A stretch of 64,000 bases of DNA from Saccostrea echinata (GCF_033153115.1 NW_026889764.1:12834001-12898000), one strand, 5' to 3'; positions 34,725-48,481 are shown, counted from the first letter of the stretch. A program made the numbers and translations. The notes: a model not told the origin generated them from the sequence alone.

Positions 34725-34910
34725 TGAAGATAACGAACAGTCATCGATCTAAAAAAAAAAAAGAGAAATCTATAAACAATACAAATATGTGAACAGGGCA
34801 TAAACACGAACCCCTGGAAATTCCAGAGGTGGATCAGGTGCCTAGGAGGAGTGAACATCCACTGTTCACCTCTCATACCCGACGTGTGGTCCTTGTCATA
34901 ATCGGGAAAA
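34725..34910 (-). mobile_element. Penelope-like element 3' end fragment
   Basis: gaagataacgaacag...ccagaggtggatcaggtgcctaggaggagt. Confidence 0.7.
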
Positions 34911-36421
34911 CAAGTCCTGTGTATAAGTATCTATAGTTAGATATCTCTCATCACATACTTTTTGAGTACTTACTTGCCAAATTTTCATTTTCGTGTAAAT
35001 TTGTCATATCAAAAATTATATTCATTTCAATTATGCGTTCTCTAGTTAACACCTGGAAACTATTTTGACAATTACGATAACAAACCCTGTACACGACTTG
35101 TTCTGGGGCATACATACGAAAACTTAAATTCTTTAACATCTAAATAATTCATTTCAAAATACATAACGCTTCTTTGATTCGCTTCTTGCGATCAAGGTTC
35201 AAACTAACTGAATGATTATTAAATAAAAGAGGTCAATAAAATAACATATTATCTACACACGCAAAACATTACAAGTATAATATGTTACAATGAAGGCCTG
35301 TTCAAAGGTAACATCTTTAGTATCCTCAAAACAATGTCAGTAATGCATTAACACATTTCTTGCAGTTCCTTTATTTTTTCGTTCTCAACCATGATACCAG
35401 TAGATTTTTTATTTCCTAATTGATCTAAGTTTCTAAAATTTTCGAATAGAAATATAAGAAATTTGTTTTCCATTCTGACACTCTGTATGCCTATAGGAAC
35501 TTTTTAAGAATGAATTCCATATCATCTTCACAGTTTTTGTACTTAAAAAGGACTAATAACACTTGGTTGTGCTGTACGTACATCTGCTTGGGTGAAAATA
35601 AAAGGTCAGTTAAGACTTGTATTAAGAAATAGGGAAATTTGTCTTAATTTTTTATCATACAAATCTCACAGGCCTTTAATTGAAATGGATGCCGATTTCG
35701 TGCGAATTTGAAGAAAAAATACTGAGGGTTATACTGATGAGATTATTTGTTGCCTGGATATCTATAGGGCGACAGACGCAGTAAAGATAAATGACTAACA
35801 GTACAGTATTAAATTTCACACAACAAAAAAATTAAATGTAAACGTGTCAGTAAATCAGGTTTAACAGAGCTAGGTTAAAGGTCATGACTGTACCTTGAAG
35901 CAATAATACCGACCAAGTTGGACATTTAAAAGGATTAAACCGGAAGAGTGTTTTTATTTATCCTGATGTTACGATGTACATGTACATAAGTGTTAGGTAA
36001 GTAAAAAGAACCATGTTGAAGGGTGACGTTTTTGTTCAATCTTTAAATAATTCAACGATTGTTTGTTTTTTTCTTTTTTTAAACAAAAATTGCGATTCTT
36101 ATTTCAGGAATTTCTTCGTACCCTTCTTTTCTTGCATTATTTATGTGAGAGCAAACTTTATAAAGTCGCAGTCTACAAATGATTTCATCGATGCGTAAGT
36201 ATTCATATCTTCAACAACATGTATGTATATACATATTCCATGGATAAATGAATATACATGTATATTAAAGAGGTCTAAGCATAAAAGGGGTATTTCCATA
36301 AACTCATGTGATTTTGATTTCACGCTTCGCCTACCATGTTTTGACGCCTTTAAAATAACAGTCTGTTGTACATCTATGATGTATGTACTGTAGGGTTTGT
36401 TGATGTCGCAGCTATGTTGCT

Positions 36422-36916
36422 TTAAGGTCAAGATCTAGTAAATGACTTTAGACTGTTTTTTTTTTTGGTGCTAAATCCATTATGATGTCATAATCAATAT
36501 AAACTTTCTTTTTCCCGTACTAAGGCTCTGATAGAATTATGTAGAAAATGAAGTATTTTCATGGAATTCAATTTGAAATCATGTGAAAAGTAAACCCGAT
36601 ACCTATGTTCAATATAATATTATTTCAAAGAAGAGGCTAAGAACTTACAAATTACCATTTTCTGAGAGACTGTAGGCAATCTGGATACATTTCCTTTGTC
36701 TGATATGGAAAAAACTCCTATATTCATGACTGGTTTTCTTAATTTTTCATTGAAAATGACAGTTTAAAATATGATTTTTCGTCTTGTTTACCTACAAATT
36801 ATGCCCCGATACACCTTATATGACCAAGCTATAGTTATAAAGCACCATTAAAGGAATTTATTCCTCAAATTTGAGGAATCTGTAGGCTCCTTTCATTTAC
36901 TAGATCTTGACCTTAA
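36422..36916 (-). mobile_element. TTAA MITE family A (reverse orientation)
   Basis: ttaaggtcaagatctagtaaa ... tttactagatcttgaccttaa perfect TIR. Confidence 0.85.
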
Positions 36917-38164
36917 ATTAATTTAAACATACTATTACGAGCTAAGTTTTGATCCAAATCCGTAAACTATAGGTAAGTAGAGCCCGACCGCGAAATTAGT
37001 TATATCGAGCATTTTTCTAAAATCACATGACTTTGTTGATTTCGTGACGGATATTTAGTACTAAAATTGCCCAAAAAATGCATCGGTACAAGTGATTACT
37101 AGCTACGATTAATGTAAACTTTTTGTTACATAAACAAATTAATCGTATCTTTTTTTATGATATTTGCTGGGTGCAAGTCTGAATTTTACTTGTACAGCAA
37201 TTATTTCATGAAAAACCTCACCTTACCTACACACATACGGATATTTTCACTCTACATGTACATCGCAATTTATAAAAAAAAATATCACACAATCATCCCA
37301 ACAAGATGCTGTTAGAGAGCAAGCTTCTTACATGTACATAAATACTCACATATTATCTTCAGTTTATCCTTACAAATCACTTGTGCCAGTCTGATATGTA
37401 CACGATTTATAAATTGTAACTTCGGAAGTGTAAGGGGGAACATTTCGATATATATACTTTTACAAAATAATGTTTTCAATTCTATAACAATATCTAAACA
37501 AGGCGTATTATTTCTGTGTAAAAACAGGTTCGTCAGGTATCCTTAAATTTATTGTTCACTCATAAATGATTGACGTGATTTCACAGTGACTTCATAAGTG
37601 GTAGACATGTTCAACACACTCAATATATACATGTACCATTGAGGTTGGAAAAAATCAATCATTTTATGGATTTAAACTTTAGTACATAACATATGCGTTA
37701 TAAATCGGTCTCAAATGTTAATTTAAGTAATAAGGTGTCATTTTAAAACCTTTATCGGGACGTACATGTAATTACGGTTTGGCATGTGATCAAAAGGCCT
37801 TTCGGGCTTTATGGGAATTGATCACATGACCAACCCGTATTTACATCCCGAGAGAGTCTAAAAATAGAATATTATTTCTTAATGTTACCTTTTTGTTATT
37901 GTTTTAATAGCTGCATATCAGACAAGGGGAAAGAATCACGATATTACTGTTAATGTTCGCCACCATAACAGCGCATTGAAGCTTAAAACGACGTAAAGTC
38001 CAAACATCTGAATGCCACATTGACATAAAATCCATTTTACATGATGTAAAAGTAATGACACTTTACCCGTTAAGTCTCAAGTTTGCAGTACCATGACATC
38101 ATATGTTATTATGACGTAATTTTTAAGAGCCATTCTTTGTAATGACTTGAACTTTTATATAGGA

Positions 38165-39830
38165 GCTGTGGCACGCATAGTCTCAGAATTTCTCCAAACT
38201 CTTAATGATAAAAATCTTTGATACCGTTAACTCAAATCAGGCAAAAATTGGTTGCTATGTGTCATGGTTACCATAGCAACATGTCCTAAAATTTGAAAAA
38301 TGGCATTTTTCACCATGTTCAGAGTCCCAGTTAACGTTTGCAGCAAAGCAAACAAGTGGCAATGACTGTTTCTGAAAATTGAAGGCCTGGTGTCTTAAAT
38401 GCATGATAAACATGTTTGGTAAATCATCTATAACATACGTTACTATGGAAACAAAGTATTCAAAAGTAATAATTTTGTTCATTAAATTTTATAAAGTCAT
38501 ACACTTAACAATAAAAACAATTATAGGTTGAAATGCAAGCAAATAATAGAGAAGAGATCCTTGTAACATATACCAAGGACAAAATATGATATTTCTTATA
38601 GGTTGGCAATGGTTGCCATGGTTTTAATACCACAAAGGGATTTTAAATTTACTCTCTTAGTGTTTTAATCTTATCCTATCTTTTTAAAAAGCATATTTCT
38701 ATATAACTGATGATCAATTTTTAAAGGCCTTGGTGTGACCCTAATTTTCACATTTCAAAAAATTCAAATTCAATTCTTTAAATAGTGCGTTGCTATGGAG
38801 ATAAGGCGAAAAAAACATGCATAAAAATCTGAAAAATACTCTGTTTCCTTGGATACGTACCGTTGTATGTAGATTCCCAAAACTTTAATGATTGATATAT
38901 GTGAACAACTAACCTGACTTTGAATTTTGACTATCACCCAACCTCTAACTGGATGCAAAAAGCTGGCACAAAGGGTCTAATATTGACAAAAAATTAACAA
39001 AATCGAACATTTTCTCTTCTTGGTAACCATAGCAACAGTGTTGTATTTTTCAACAACCTTTATCAATATATGATATTCAACTTTAGTTCTACGAGATAAG
39101 TGCTATTCAAGGTGATTCAAATGATATTTTTCTTGATTAAAAGGTTGGTAAATTCCTAAAGCAGCAAAAAAATATCACTTTAAACAACTAGTACGTTGTT
39201 TCCATGGTTACACTGCAAAGTAACAATTAATCTCAATTTTTCCTATGTTGTCGGTGTTGCAAGGTCCTAAGGATGCATATGTGCCAGTCATGAATTTTAT
39301 TGTTTTCCCTCACGATAGTAGCATTAACCCAATCATAGCAACAGATTTTGCATGGTAACACTGTGTTACCATGGCAACCATGAAAGTTATTTTTAGAATA
39401 ATATTGCCAATACCTAATTACATGAGGTCAAATATTTTTCATTGTTTTTCTTACGTTGTTGATTGAGTTTGATCATGTAACATCTATCATTTGTGGCTAT
39501 AGAGCGTTTTCAGCATTTTTCAGCATCTAAAATGTATTCCAAATGTACCCATGGTTACCACTTACTTAGAGATAAATTCTAAATAGTTTCTTAATAGCAT
39601 AAGTGTCATGTTTTTGGGAGAATGGTTTGTTTGTTTTTCTATGTCTTTATTAAGGCTTAATAAAGATTTAAAGTGGCTGAAAATCTCAATTTTTTCATCT
39701 TTTCTGGCTGTTACCATGGCAACCAAGACACATAGCAACGAAATTTTATTTGATATATGTTTCTGGTGTCAAGTTGTAATAATGGGCAAAGTTTCATCAA
39801 AATCGGTGACCATGCGTGGCAAAGAAGTTT
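38165..39830. mobile_element. Non-autonomous DNA element rich in ccatggcaac/gttaccat motifs
   Basis: Imperfect TIR ggcacgcatagtctcagaattt / aaatcggtgaccatgcgtggc; many dispersed RTTRCCATRG motifs. Confidence 0.55.
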
Positions 39831-39852
39831 AAGTGGTTACAGAGAATCGCTA

Positions 39853-40570
39853 TTAAGTAGTTCGAGGAGATAATCAAGTACGATTTAATGTAAATGTCAG
39901 AAAGTAGGTGAGGTTCTCAGAATTCAGTTGTTTTTCATATAGAGTTCTCTCGATCTTGTACTTTTGATAAATGTATGTAAAATGAAAACTGTTTAGGGTC
40001 ACAGTTGTTATGGAAACATGGACATAAAAAATTTCCTAGAAACCGGTCAATTTTTCATGTTGGTGGTAACAAAATGTATACTACAGCAACGATATTCTTA
40101 TTTACTGGTATAATAGAGATACACATTTTCAGTTTATCAAAAAACACAAGTTATAGGTATTAGATTTAAAGATAGTTCTGTGGTTGACATTAGTATATAT
40201 ATCTTTATATGTTTTTGGATTTTTGATGATTCAGCAATTTTAATGATATTCGTTAATTTAAAATTGTAATCAAGCTATTATAGTCTTTGCGTGTATCTCG
40301 AAGATTTTCCTTTCAGAGTTTGATTTTAAAAGCGCTTTTTTTTTTACCTAGCAACAAAAATTTGAGTTTTGATAAACAAGAACTGAAAGTAGCAAATTAA
40401 AAAAAATGGCATAAATTGGTATAAATTGTTATCTTTTAGTACCAGAAACAACACTTCAACATTTCACAATTTTGGGTAAAATCACCGAATTCTGAGAAAC
40501 CTCTTATGTCTTATATACTCATTTTGTTTGATTTTTACATGGACTTGACTTAACTTTTCTGAACTACTTA
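39853..40570. mobile_element. MITE (taagtagttc/gaactactta TIR) containing a nested GAG-terminated TIR element (39910-40503)
   Basis: Inner TIR gaggttctcagaattc / gaattctgagaaacctc. Confidence 0.65.
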
Positions 40571-40594
40571 GAAATGAGGTCATAATAATCACAG

Positions 40595-43500
40595 ATGCAG
40601 TTAGATGGTGCACTGCGATATTTTACGGATATTCTTATCCTAACTGCGTCATTCTCTCAAAATACTTATGGCATTTATTTGAAGTAATTGACAAAATAAC
40701 ACTTATTTGCCTCAAAATATATTTTCGTATCATGATAATACCAGGTTCCAATATATAGCAACAAAAAAGTTGGGGAGGGGATGACAAGTCAGCCAAAGTT
40801 GAAAATTTCCATTCAATATGACCAGCAAAAGATTCTTTAAAAAACTCCCACTTGGCCCACTCACTCAACCCCATTCCCACCACTATTACCTGCCTCGTTG
40901 TTTCAATTTCCAGTTGATAATTAAACCAATTAACACCGATTTCTTTTGGAGCTTTCAAGAATACTTATTGTTATAAATATTAAATATGTATATATCTCTT
41001 AAAGTCTTATTACCACAGGTTCAACTGCTTGGGATCTGTGGTGCAGGCATACAAATCCTTTTCAAACGGTTGTGCATGGAATATAGGTATGTTTGTTAGA
41101 CTGTAAACAACACAAACCTGAAATAAAAGATCACATAAAACTAAGCAGGCAATTTTTGATTGCCTAAATGTAACTTGATTCAATTCCCATGATGTGTGTT
41201 AATGTAGAAAATGATACGAGGGTCACGTATTAAAAATATTATTTGTGTTTTGTTGCCTTAATACGGAAGTTAAATGAAATTATTTGAAACATTATTAGTT
41301 TAGTTGCAGAGTATTTTTAAATGACTTTGCAGAGCAAAGTTCACGACAGGTACATGACGTTATAGTTTATTACACAATAGAATGTGGGTAAAAAAAATCT
41401 ATATGTAATTTGCTTAAGCGTGTGTCTGTATTGCATGAAACCTTTCGAACATCACTAATTTTAACGAAGAAGGAAAATAAATATGTACGAGGGCTGTTCG
41501 GAAATTGTAATGGCTCTCTTTTCTAATGAACATCTCTTGGTGAAAATTGGTATATACATTTAAAAAACACTAACAATATATAAAAGGAATAAAATAATTT
41601 AAAAATATGTTCCCCTGTTTATGTTATACCAGTGCAGTTGATGGTAGGGTTATCCGGCGTAGTCACGTAATCAGATAATGGAAATAAATACAATTTAATT
41701 TCTATTTCATTTTATGCAAGTTTGATAGAATTTAGGCAAGAAATACGGAGTTCATAAATAAGTTTCATTACGGTATAGAAATCTGGTTACGACAGCAAAA
41801 TAATTTTTCACATGTTTTTATTGCCGACTAAATAACATTGACCAGCGGTGCAAAGGTCTGTCCTGCATGATGCTTGTCAAGCTGTATATGACGCTTCATT
41901 TACTTTTACATTTGGGTAGCAACGACACATTTTATTTTTTTTAATTGTCCAAGAAAAGAGAGAGTTTGATTTCTATAATAATAAATAAAGATGACCAAAA
42001 AGCAAGAGCGAGAAAAATCTACAGCTAACATGACGTTAAAATGACGTAGCGATGCTCATCCATGTTTTAGACATATGCAAGTTTATTATCTCACTGGTAC
42101 TTATGTAATGGTCATATTAACTAGAAATTATACACATTGGTACCATTTGTTCATGATAAAGTGTTGACGAATTTTCATGAATTAATTTGTTTCTTTTATA
42201 GAGTAAAAATATAGGTCTCAATAATTTCCGAACAGTCCTTGTTCATAAATAATATCTCTATTTCAAAGTGTTGGCATAGATGTGGATAATCTCACCTTCA
42301 ATAAATCAGTAAAGCTAAAACGCTTAGATACAGAGGATTTTTGAAGAAATATTTGCTTGCACGTTTTACAACCTCACCATAATAAAGTGTCATTTTTTGA
42401 TCATTTTAAGGTTTATGTTTGTTTTCTCTTGTCTTAAGATGTGACCTGTTCCAATGATGAAATCAGCTGTCTCAATTCGAAACAGAGTTGTAAATACTGG
42501 AGAAAGTTCAACAAAGTCAAAGTTTCTTTTTCCCTACAATTATCATCATCCATTTTTATAAATGACAGCAAAGAACTCACAAAATTATCGAAACGATGCT
42601 ACTGTGAAGAATACTTTATCAACTGTTCAGTTAACAGTGAAATTCTCATTAACAATCTCGGTAAGATTCAATTCTATATTCTATATAAAAGTTGCTCTTT
42701 TATTTATTTATTTTTTTTTTTTTTTGGTCTTTTTTTTTTCTTGTAAAAAGGCATTAGTTGTATCTACCACAAGATCTCAAATAAATTAGAATATTTGGAT
42801 TGATGGACAACAAGATTTAATTGTTATTAATACTGAATGTTTCTTTTCGTTTTTCCCCTATCCCATTAGTGCACGAGGACACATGTATTACTAGTCCATT
42901 ATTCACATCGACGACCAAAGAAGGTATTTCTATATTAAATGATATGGTAATAATAAGAATAAGCTATATATATTACCAAGGAAGTCATTGAAATCTATAC
43001 AAAAGGCAGTCCCTTCATTAATGCAACTAATAATCAATTGAAAGTTTAAATAAAGAGCTTATGGCAATTCGGCCATATTATGTTTTTTTCTACTATACAT
43101 AGCTAACTAAATCAGTGTTCATTGTAAAATGTACTTGGATTGAGGAGATTCATAATTTGACACGATGCAAACTTTATTATGGCTCAAAAATATATTCCTT
43201 AAAATCATTTTAAGCCACGAGAAAACTTATCACAACAACATTGAGTACCGGCATAACAACAACAAGGACGAAAGATTCTTCAACAAAATCAAAGAATACA
43301 TCAGAAAATAAAAATTCAACATGTTTACCTGAACTAGGTATAATTAAATTTTTAAACTTTTAACTCAAATCAGTTACATCCTTGTAAATTTCGTATGGTC
43401 TACCAATATGTCTGATATATCCATAGTATACATTTTAAATCACTACAAATATTTCCCATTTCAGAGTATTTAAAAGACTCTACGGAATATGAAACAGGTA

Positions 43501-44036
43501 AGTTTTTTTTTATTGGTATAAAATATATGCCGGTCCTTCGGATGAGACCGTATAAACCTAGGTCCCGTGTCGCAGTAGGTGCTGGCACGAAAAAGATCCC
43601 TCACTGCTCAATGGCCGTAAGTGCCGAGTATAGGACAAAATTTGCAGCTCTCCACAGGCAAGTGGTGGCGTCTCCATATGAGTGAAAAATTCTCGAGAGG
43701 GACGTTAAACATTAGACAAACAAACAAACAAAATTTATGCATCTGATATGATTTTTTTGAATCGCTTTCATACAGCTAGTGCCTGGTTTGAATTGAATTT
43801 TACATTAACAGAATATGGTGCAATATTTGGCGCACTCCTTGGAGGTATCGTACTGGGGGCCGCGGTGGAATTCCTTATCACCACCGTATTACGAAGAGCA
43901 AAATTAAGGAGGGATCAGAAAAAGTAATTTAATAGAGATACATGTACAACCCTCCCTGAAACTTAATTTCTATTGAATATTCCTGATGACTTTTTTTTTT
44001 TATTTTAATTGCAATATACATGTACAACAATTTCTA

Positions 44037-44072
<36 letters not shown>

Positions 44073-46771
44073 TAAAGAAAATTTTCATAGCTCATTCGAA
44101 CGAAGTAACGAAATAATTCTTAACATCTATATGTAACTATTGTAAAAGCATCAGTATAAATCATCATTGACTCACACCTTTTAGTTTATAGGCTTTTCAT
44201 TGAAAAATACATTTTGAGAAAAATCTACATTGTTGATATTTGTTTTATCATGATTTTAGACGTCGACTGTCTTTGCAGGGATACTGGGGACATCAAGCTC
44301 ACAAATAACCCAGCTTATGACTGTAGTTCACTTAAAGTTTCTGTTGAGGGTGATTATGATGAGAAACCCATGGGACACTTGTATACACAAATTACGCATC
44401 AAAACGTATGTCCTTTGTCTTTTGATTATTTGTGGTATTGATGATATGCTACATGTAACAAAAACGTCAAATTGTCTTTGCTAAAACATATTGATAGATT
44501 TAAGAAAATGCTTTCATTTTGCAATTACATGTAATAAAAACTTGAAATGCATATACACATTTTCTTGACATTGCATTTAAATAACTGTCTACATGTAACT
44601 CCTTTCTAACATAATACAGGATAATCTAAAATATCTTGTATATTTTTTAAGGATAATAATTAAAAGCTCTCAAATGGCAAAAAAAAAAAAAAAAAAAAAA
44701 TTAAAGAAACATATCACATTTTAATATAATTATGCTTTGACATTTTGTACAGTTTATATCACATACAATTTACGTACAGTACCAACCAGACCCAACTCTG
44801 ACACAAAGCAGTCCCAGAGCAGTCCCGGGGACTGCTTTCTGGGACTGCTCTGAGAGCAGTCCCACAGCGGTCCCAGCAGTCCCAGAAAGCAGTCCCAGCG
44901 GTTCCAGCAGTCCCAGTGGGCGGGGTTAATTAATTTAATGGGCGGAGCTTACTCAGAAATGAGATCATCAATAAACAATGTAACTATAAAAGGCAGTTGA
45001 AATTGATGATCCATTTCTTTCTGAGCAGTATCAATTCTCATGCGACAGTCATTTTTGAACTGTTAAGAAAATCGCACTATGCGTATAGAAACAAATAATG
45101 AATATTGAACAAAGAAGACGTTCACACCTACAAATAACATGAATATTTAAACACAGCTTTGTGGTATATTAATTTTTCACCAAAATAAATCAATTTCTTA
45201 ATTTACTGTCATTGATATTGGTTTCCATATTCATTTATTTATTTTTTTTTTATAGAAAATTAAATTTGAGTTATTTATTTTCTATCAAAACTAGCTTTAA
45301 ATAGACCTTATAATTGAAGAGCAAGGCCGATTTCCATACTATACTCTGAATGCAGTTTTCTTACGTACTGGAGCTTTTGAAAAATTCTTTGAGTATTATA
45401 TTTCAGTCATGATTATTTTCACTGACTTGCCAATTTAATTATCGTTAGATTATCTATGTAACAGAAAACAATAATACTTTTATTATATAAACGTTTAAGT
45501 GTATATCTGTAAATCACGCAAATGGAACCCTCAGATTATGTTCAAAATTAATTAATCCCGAAATAAACGAAGATGTTTTGCAGTACATAGATTGAAATTA
45601 GTGTCATTGTTGACCAGCATGTTCAGTGATGTGTAACACTGATACCTAAATAACATGCATTGACTTTCTGCTAATCATGCCCGAAGGCGATTGAAACCTC
45701 AGGTGTTGACACTGTTTTATACATTTGTATTGCTTTTTATTAATCGGCCAGGAAAACACAAACAAAACAAATAAGAAATAGGTCACAATTCCCAATAATT
45801 TAAAAATGTTTATAAGTTTACTCTTTTAATAACTTCTTTATAAATCAAAAACAAATTCATAAATAGATCCCCCAGTAATTGTTCACAAATATAATTGTTT
45901 AAATGACTGAAGAATGGTAGAATAATTTTATTTCATGGTCATTTAATAAATTATTAGGTTTTATTTGAGGGCATTAAAAAAAGCATGGAATGCTCTTTTT
46001 TAGGGTGGTTTTAGCTTTTTCAAGTTACAAAAAAAAATCCAGCACAGTACGTCCCTTTGAATATCTTATTGTAATGACAAGTTTGTTTTTTTTTAAATAG
46101 TGCTAATGCAAACTTTGAGTACATACCGTAAATTGACAGCATTAATTAATTAAATAGGCCTAGATATTTTTTTCAAACACCTGTATTAAAGTTTTAATTA
46201 GCATTAATTAAATGAATAGGCCTTAGAGAGATATTTTTTTTTTCAAATACCTGTATTAAAGTTTAATTCAAGGGATAGAAGTCATCTCCTGACTTCCCTT
46301 TTAACTAATTTCATTTTATAAAATTAAATTCTGGATTACAATTGTGTAAATTTACAGCCCTGAAGACATTTAATAATTACATGTATATCTATCTCTACTT
46401 ATTAAAATGTTGTAAGAAATCCTTGGGCATTTTTATTCTTTATCTTTAACACCTCTATGCTGAAAGTAAACAAAACAACAACAGGGAGCCTGCAAATTCA
46501 GAATACACAAGGGGCGGAGCTATCATACTCAGAACCTTTTTCATGCATGAGTGAACAAAGCAGTCCCAGGGACTGTTGGGACTGCTGGGTCTGCTTTCTA
46601 GAGCAGTCCCAGAGCAGTCCCACAGCGGTCCCAGAGCAGTCCCACAGCAGTCCCAGTGCGGTCCCAAAGCAGTCCCGGGGACTGCTTTCTGGGACTGCTT
46701 AGGTGTCAGGTTGGGTCTGGTTGGTACTGTACATTTACTTTTTAAACTACAATCCTATCTTAAAGAATAAT

Positions 46772-46812
<41 letters not shown>

Positions 46813-48342
46813 CAGCACATGATATATTCTATTTGATCAGTATCTTTAGGTGACGGTTTTTCTTATAATTTGTGATCACTTTTATCCACACGTCTAGACT
46901 GGTATTTCAAACATGAGATTCTTAAGGGGTATTAGTTTTGGTGTATATACTTTGTCTCCGAAAAAATTCCATACATAAATTTAAGTTTAAGGGGCTGAAA
47001 TTAGGGGTTTGTTAGGAAACATCTGAAGTCTTCCTCAGCTCTCGATGTAACCACTTTCAACAAGCATTCTGAGATTATTGCATTAGCAATACTAGTCCCC
47101 TACCGGCAAGTGTAATCTGGTTCCCGTTCAAAATTGAAAATGCCATAATTCCGTCAAAAATCAATGAAGCGGAACGAAATGCAAACTTGATCTATAACTC
47201 ATCAAGGTAAAGTCACATACCAAAAATCAGCTAAATATCTGCAAGCGTTTAGAAAAAAAGTGCAGAAAACCCCGAAAAATTGAAAAGGTCGTAATTCCGA
47301 AAAAAATCATTGAAGCGGAAAGAAATGCAAAGTTAATCTGTAACTCATTAAGATACACTCACATACCAAAAATCAGCTCAATATCTGCAAACGTTTAGAA
47401 GAAAAGTGCGGAAAACCAAGTGGGACAGACTGACAGACAGACACAGGGACAGCTAGACAGACAGACGGACGGACAGACTCAGAGGAAACCTATAGTCCCC
47501 TCCGGTTTCACCGGTAGGGGACTAATAAATAGCATTTTTTTGACGTTATTTTGTCATGTCAGAGTCAGCATCACTCAGTTTAAACTTATACATTAAAATG
47601 ATGGGCATGTCAGATTAATTGATCATAAATTAAATATGTACTATGATCGGTGACATTTGTTGCTGAGGATCTAAATAGTTTTAGTTATTTAGGAACGCCA
47701 TTGTAATCAGATAGAATCGAAGTGTTTCTAATAGTATGTGATCTACATCATGATTAATACTGTAAACCATATATTATATGCTTTCTTTTTGTCCGCGAAC
47801 GGTCGGTTAACTAATCCCCCATAATTAAGTAATTTCGTTATTGAAGAAATGATGAACAACCGGTTAGCGACAATAAATATCCGTAATCAAAGGTTGAAAA
47901 CGGATTTCACGTTGATTCTTCGTATTGGTACATTATGTATAATATCTGACCTGTATTTCATATTTGTATTTCATATTCCATATTAAGCTCGAATACTGTT
48001 CGTTATCTCCACATATTTCATATATATCTATTTTAGCAATGGCCAAAGGTTTCACAATCAAGACATGGAGATTATGAAAATAGTGGACAAAAGGCAGGAA
48101 TGATAGTTGATCAATTATACAATCACCTCAACGAAAAAGAGGAAATAGATCGGGCGGACTACTATGACCATGCTGGTGTTGTACAAACGTCACCTCAACT
48201 GGAAGATTATGGAATTTTAAAGTCGAATTTTAAAGATTCCAATGCATACACAGAAGTCGTAGGTGAAGGATTTAAGACCAAGGAAAACCATCATGACTTG
48301 AAAGAGAAGAAATATTTAGTTCTTGAAAAAGAACTTAGTTGA
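40595..48342 (+). CDS. Paralog 4: ~377-389-aa type I transmembrane Cys-rich receptor-like protein with 3 stalk exons and longest Tyr-motif tail
   Basis: Exons 40595-40683 (MQLDGALRYFTDILILTASFSQNTYGIYLK), 41019-41086 (FNCLGSVVQAYKSFSNGCAWNI), 42439-42660 (VTCSNDEISCLNSKQSC...RCYCEEYFINC), stalk 42870-42923, 43215-43337, 43465-43497, TM 43776 (or in-frame 43812)-43923 (YGAIFGALLGGIVLGAAVEFLITTVLRRAK), 44279-44405 (NPAY, LYTQI), 48037-48342 (YENS, YNHL, YDHA, YGIL, YTEV, YLVL). All GT-AG, same phase pattern as paralogs 2/3. Confidence 0.85.
41488..42241. mobile_element. Mariner-type MITE
   Basis: ta-cgagggctgttcggaaatt ... aatttccgaacagtccttg TIR. Confidence 0.75.
43530..43731 (+). mobile_element. 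5'-truncated SINE between stalk and TM exons of paralog 4
   Basis: ccttcggatgagaccgtataaacc core through (aaac)n tail. Confidence 0.85.
44777..46729. mobile_element. TA-TSD non-autonomous transposon (Tc1/mariner-type CAGT ends) with 11-bp gcagtccca subterminal repeats
   Basis: Perfect inverted match tacagtaccaaccagacccaac / gttgggtctggttggtactgta including the TA. Confidence 0.9.
47089..47527 (-). mobile_element. Helentron-type HINE (second family)
   Basis: tagtcccctaccgg subTIR, duplicated internal unit, (gaca/ggac)n microsatellite, terminal hairpin tagtcccctccggtttcaccggtaggggacta. Confidence 0.8.
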
Positions 48343-48481
48343 AAAACATACCAGTTTATATAACTGTAATACTTGTTTGTTATTAAGGATAATCGTGTTC
48401 AAATATCTAAACGTGTAAATTCACAATTTGTTCAATAGAAAAATGTTTCTTCGTTTTTTGTTCAAATGTAATTTGATTATC

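Noticed and set aside
35510-35604. Alternative phase-2 first exon for paralog 4 (MNSISSSQFLYLKR...)
   Set aside because: Lacks a hydrophobic signal core in the open frame; 40595-40683 fits better (FTDILIL vs FTHVLIL in paralog 2).
46455-46770. Three overlapping ORFs with repetitive peptides
   Set aside because: Translate the 11-bp subterminal repeats of the 44777-46729 transposon.
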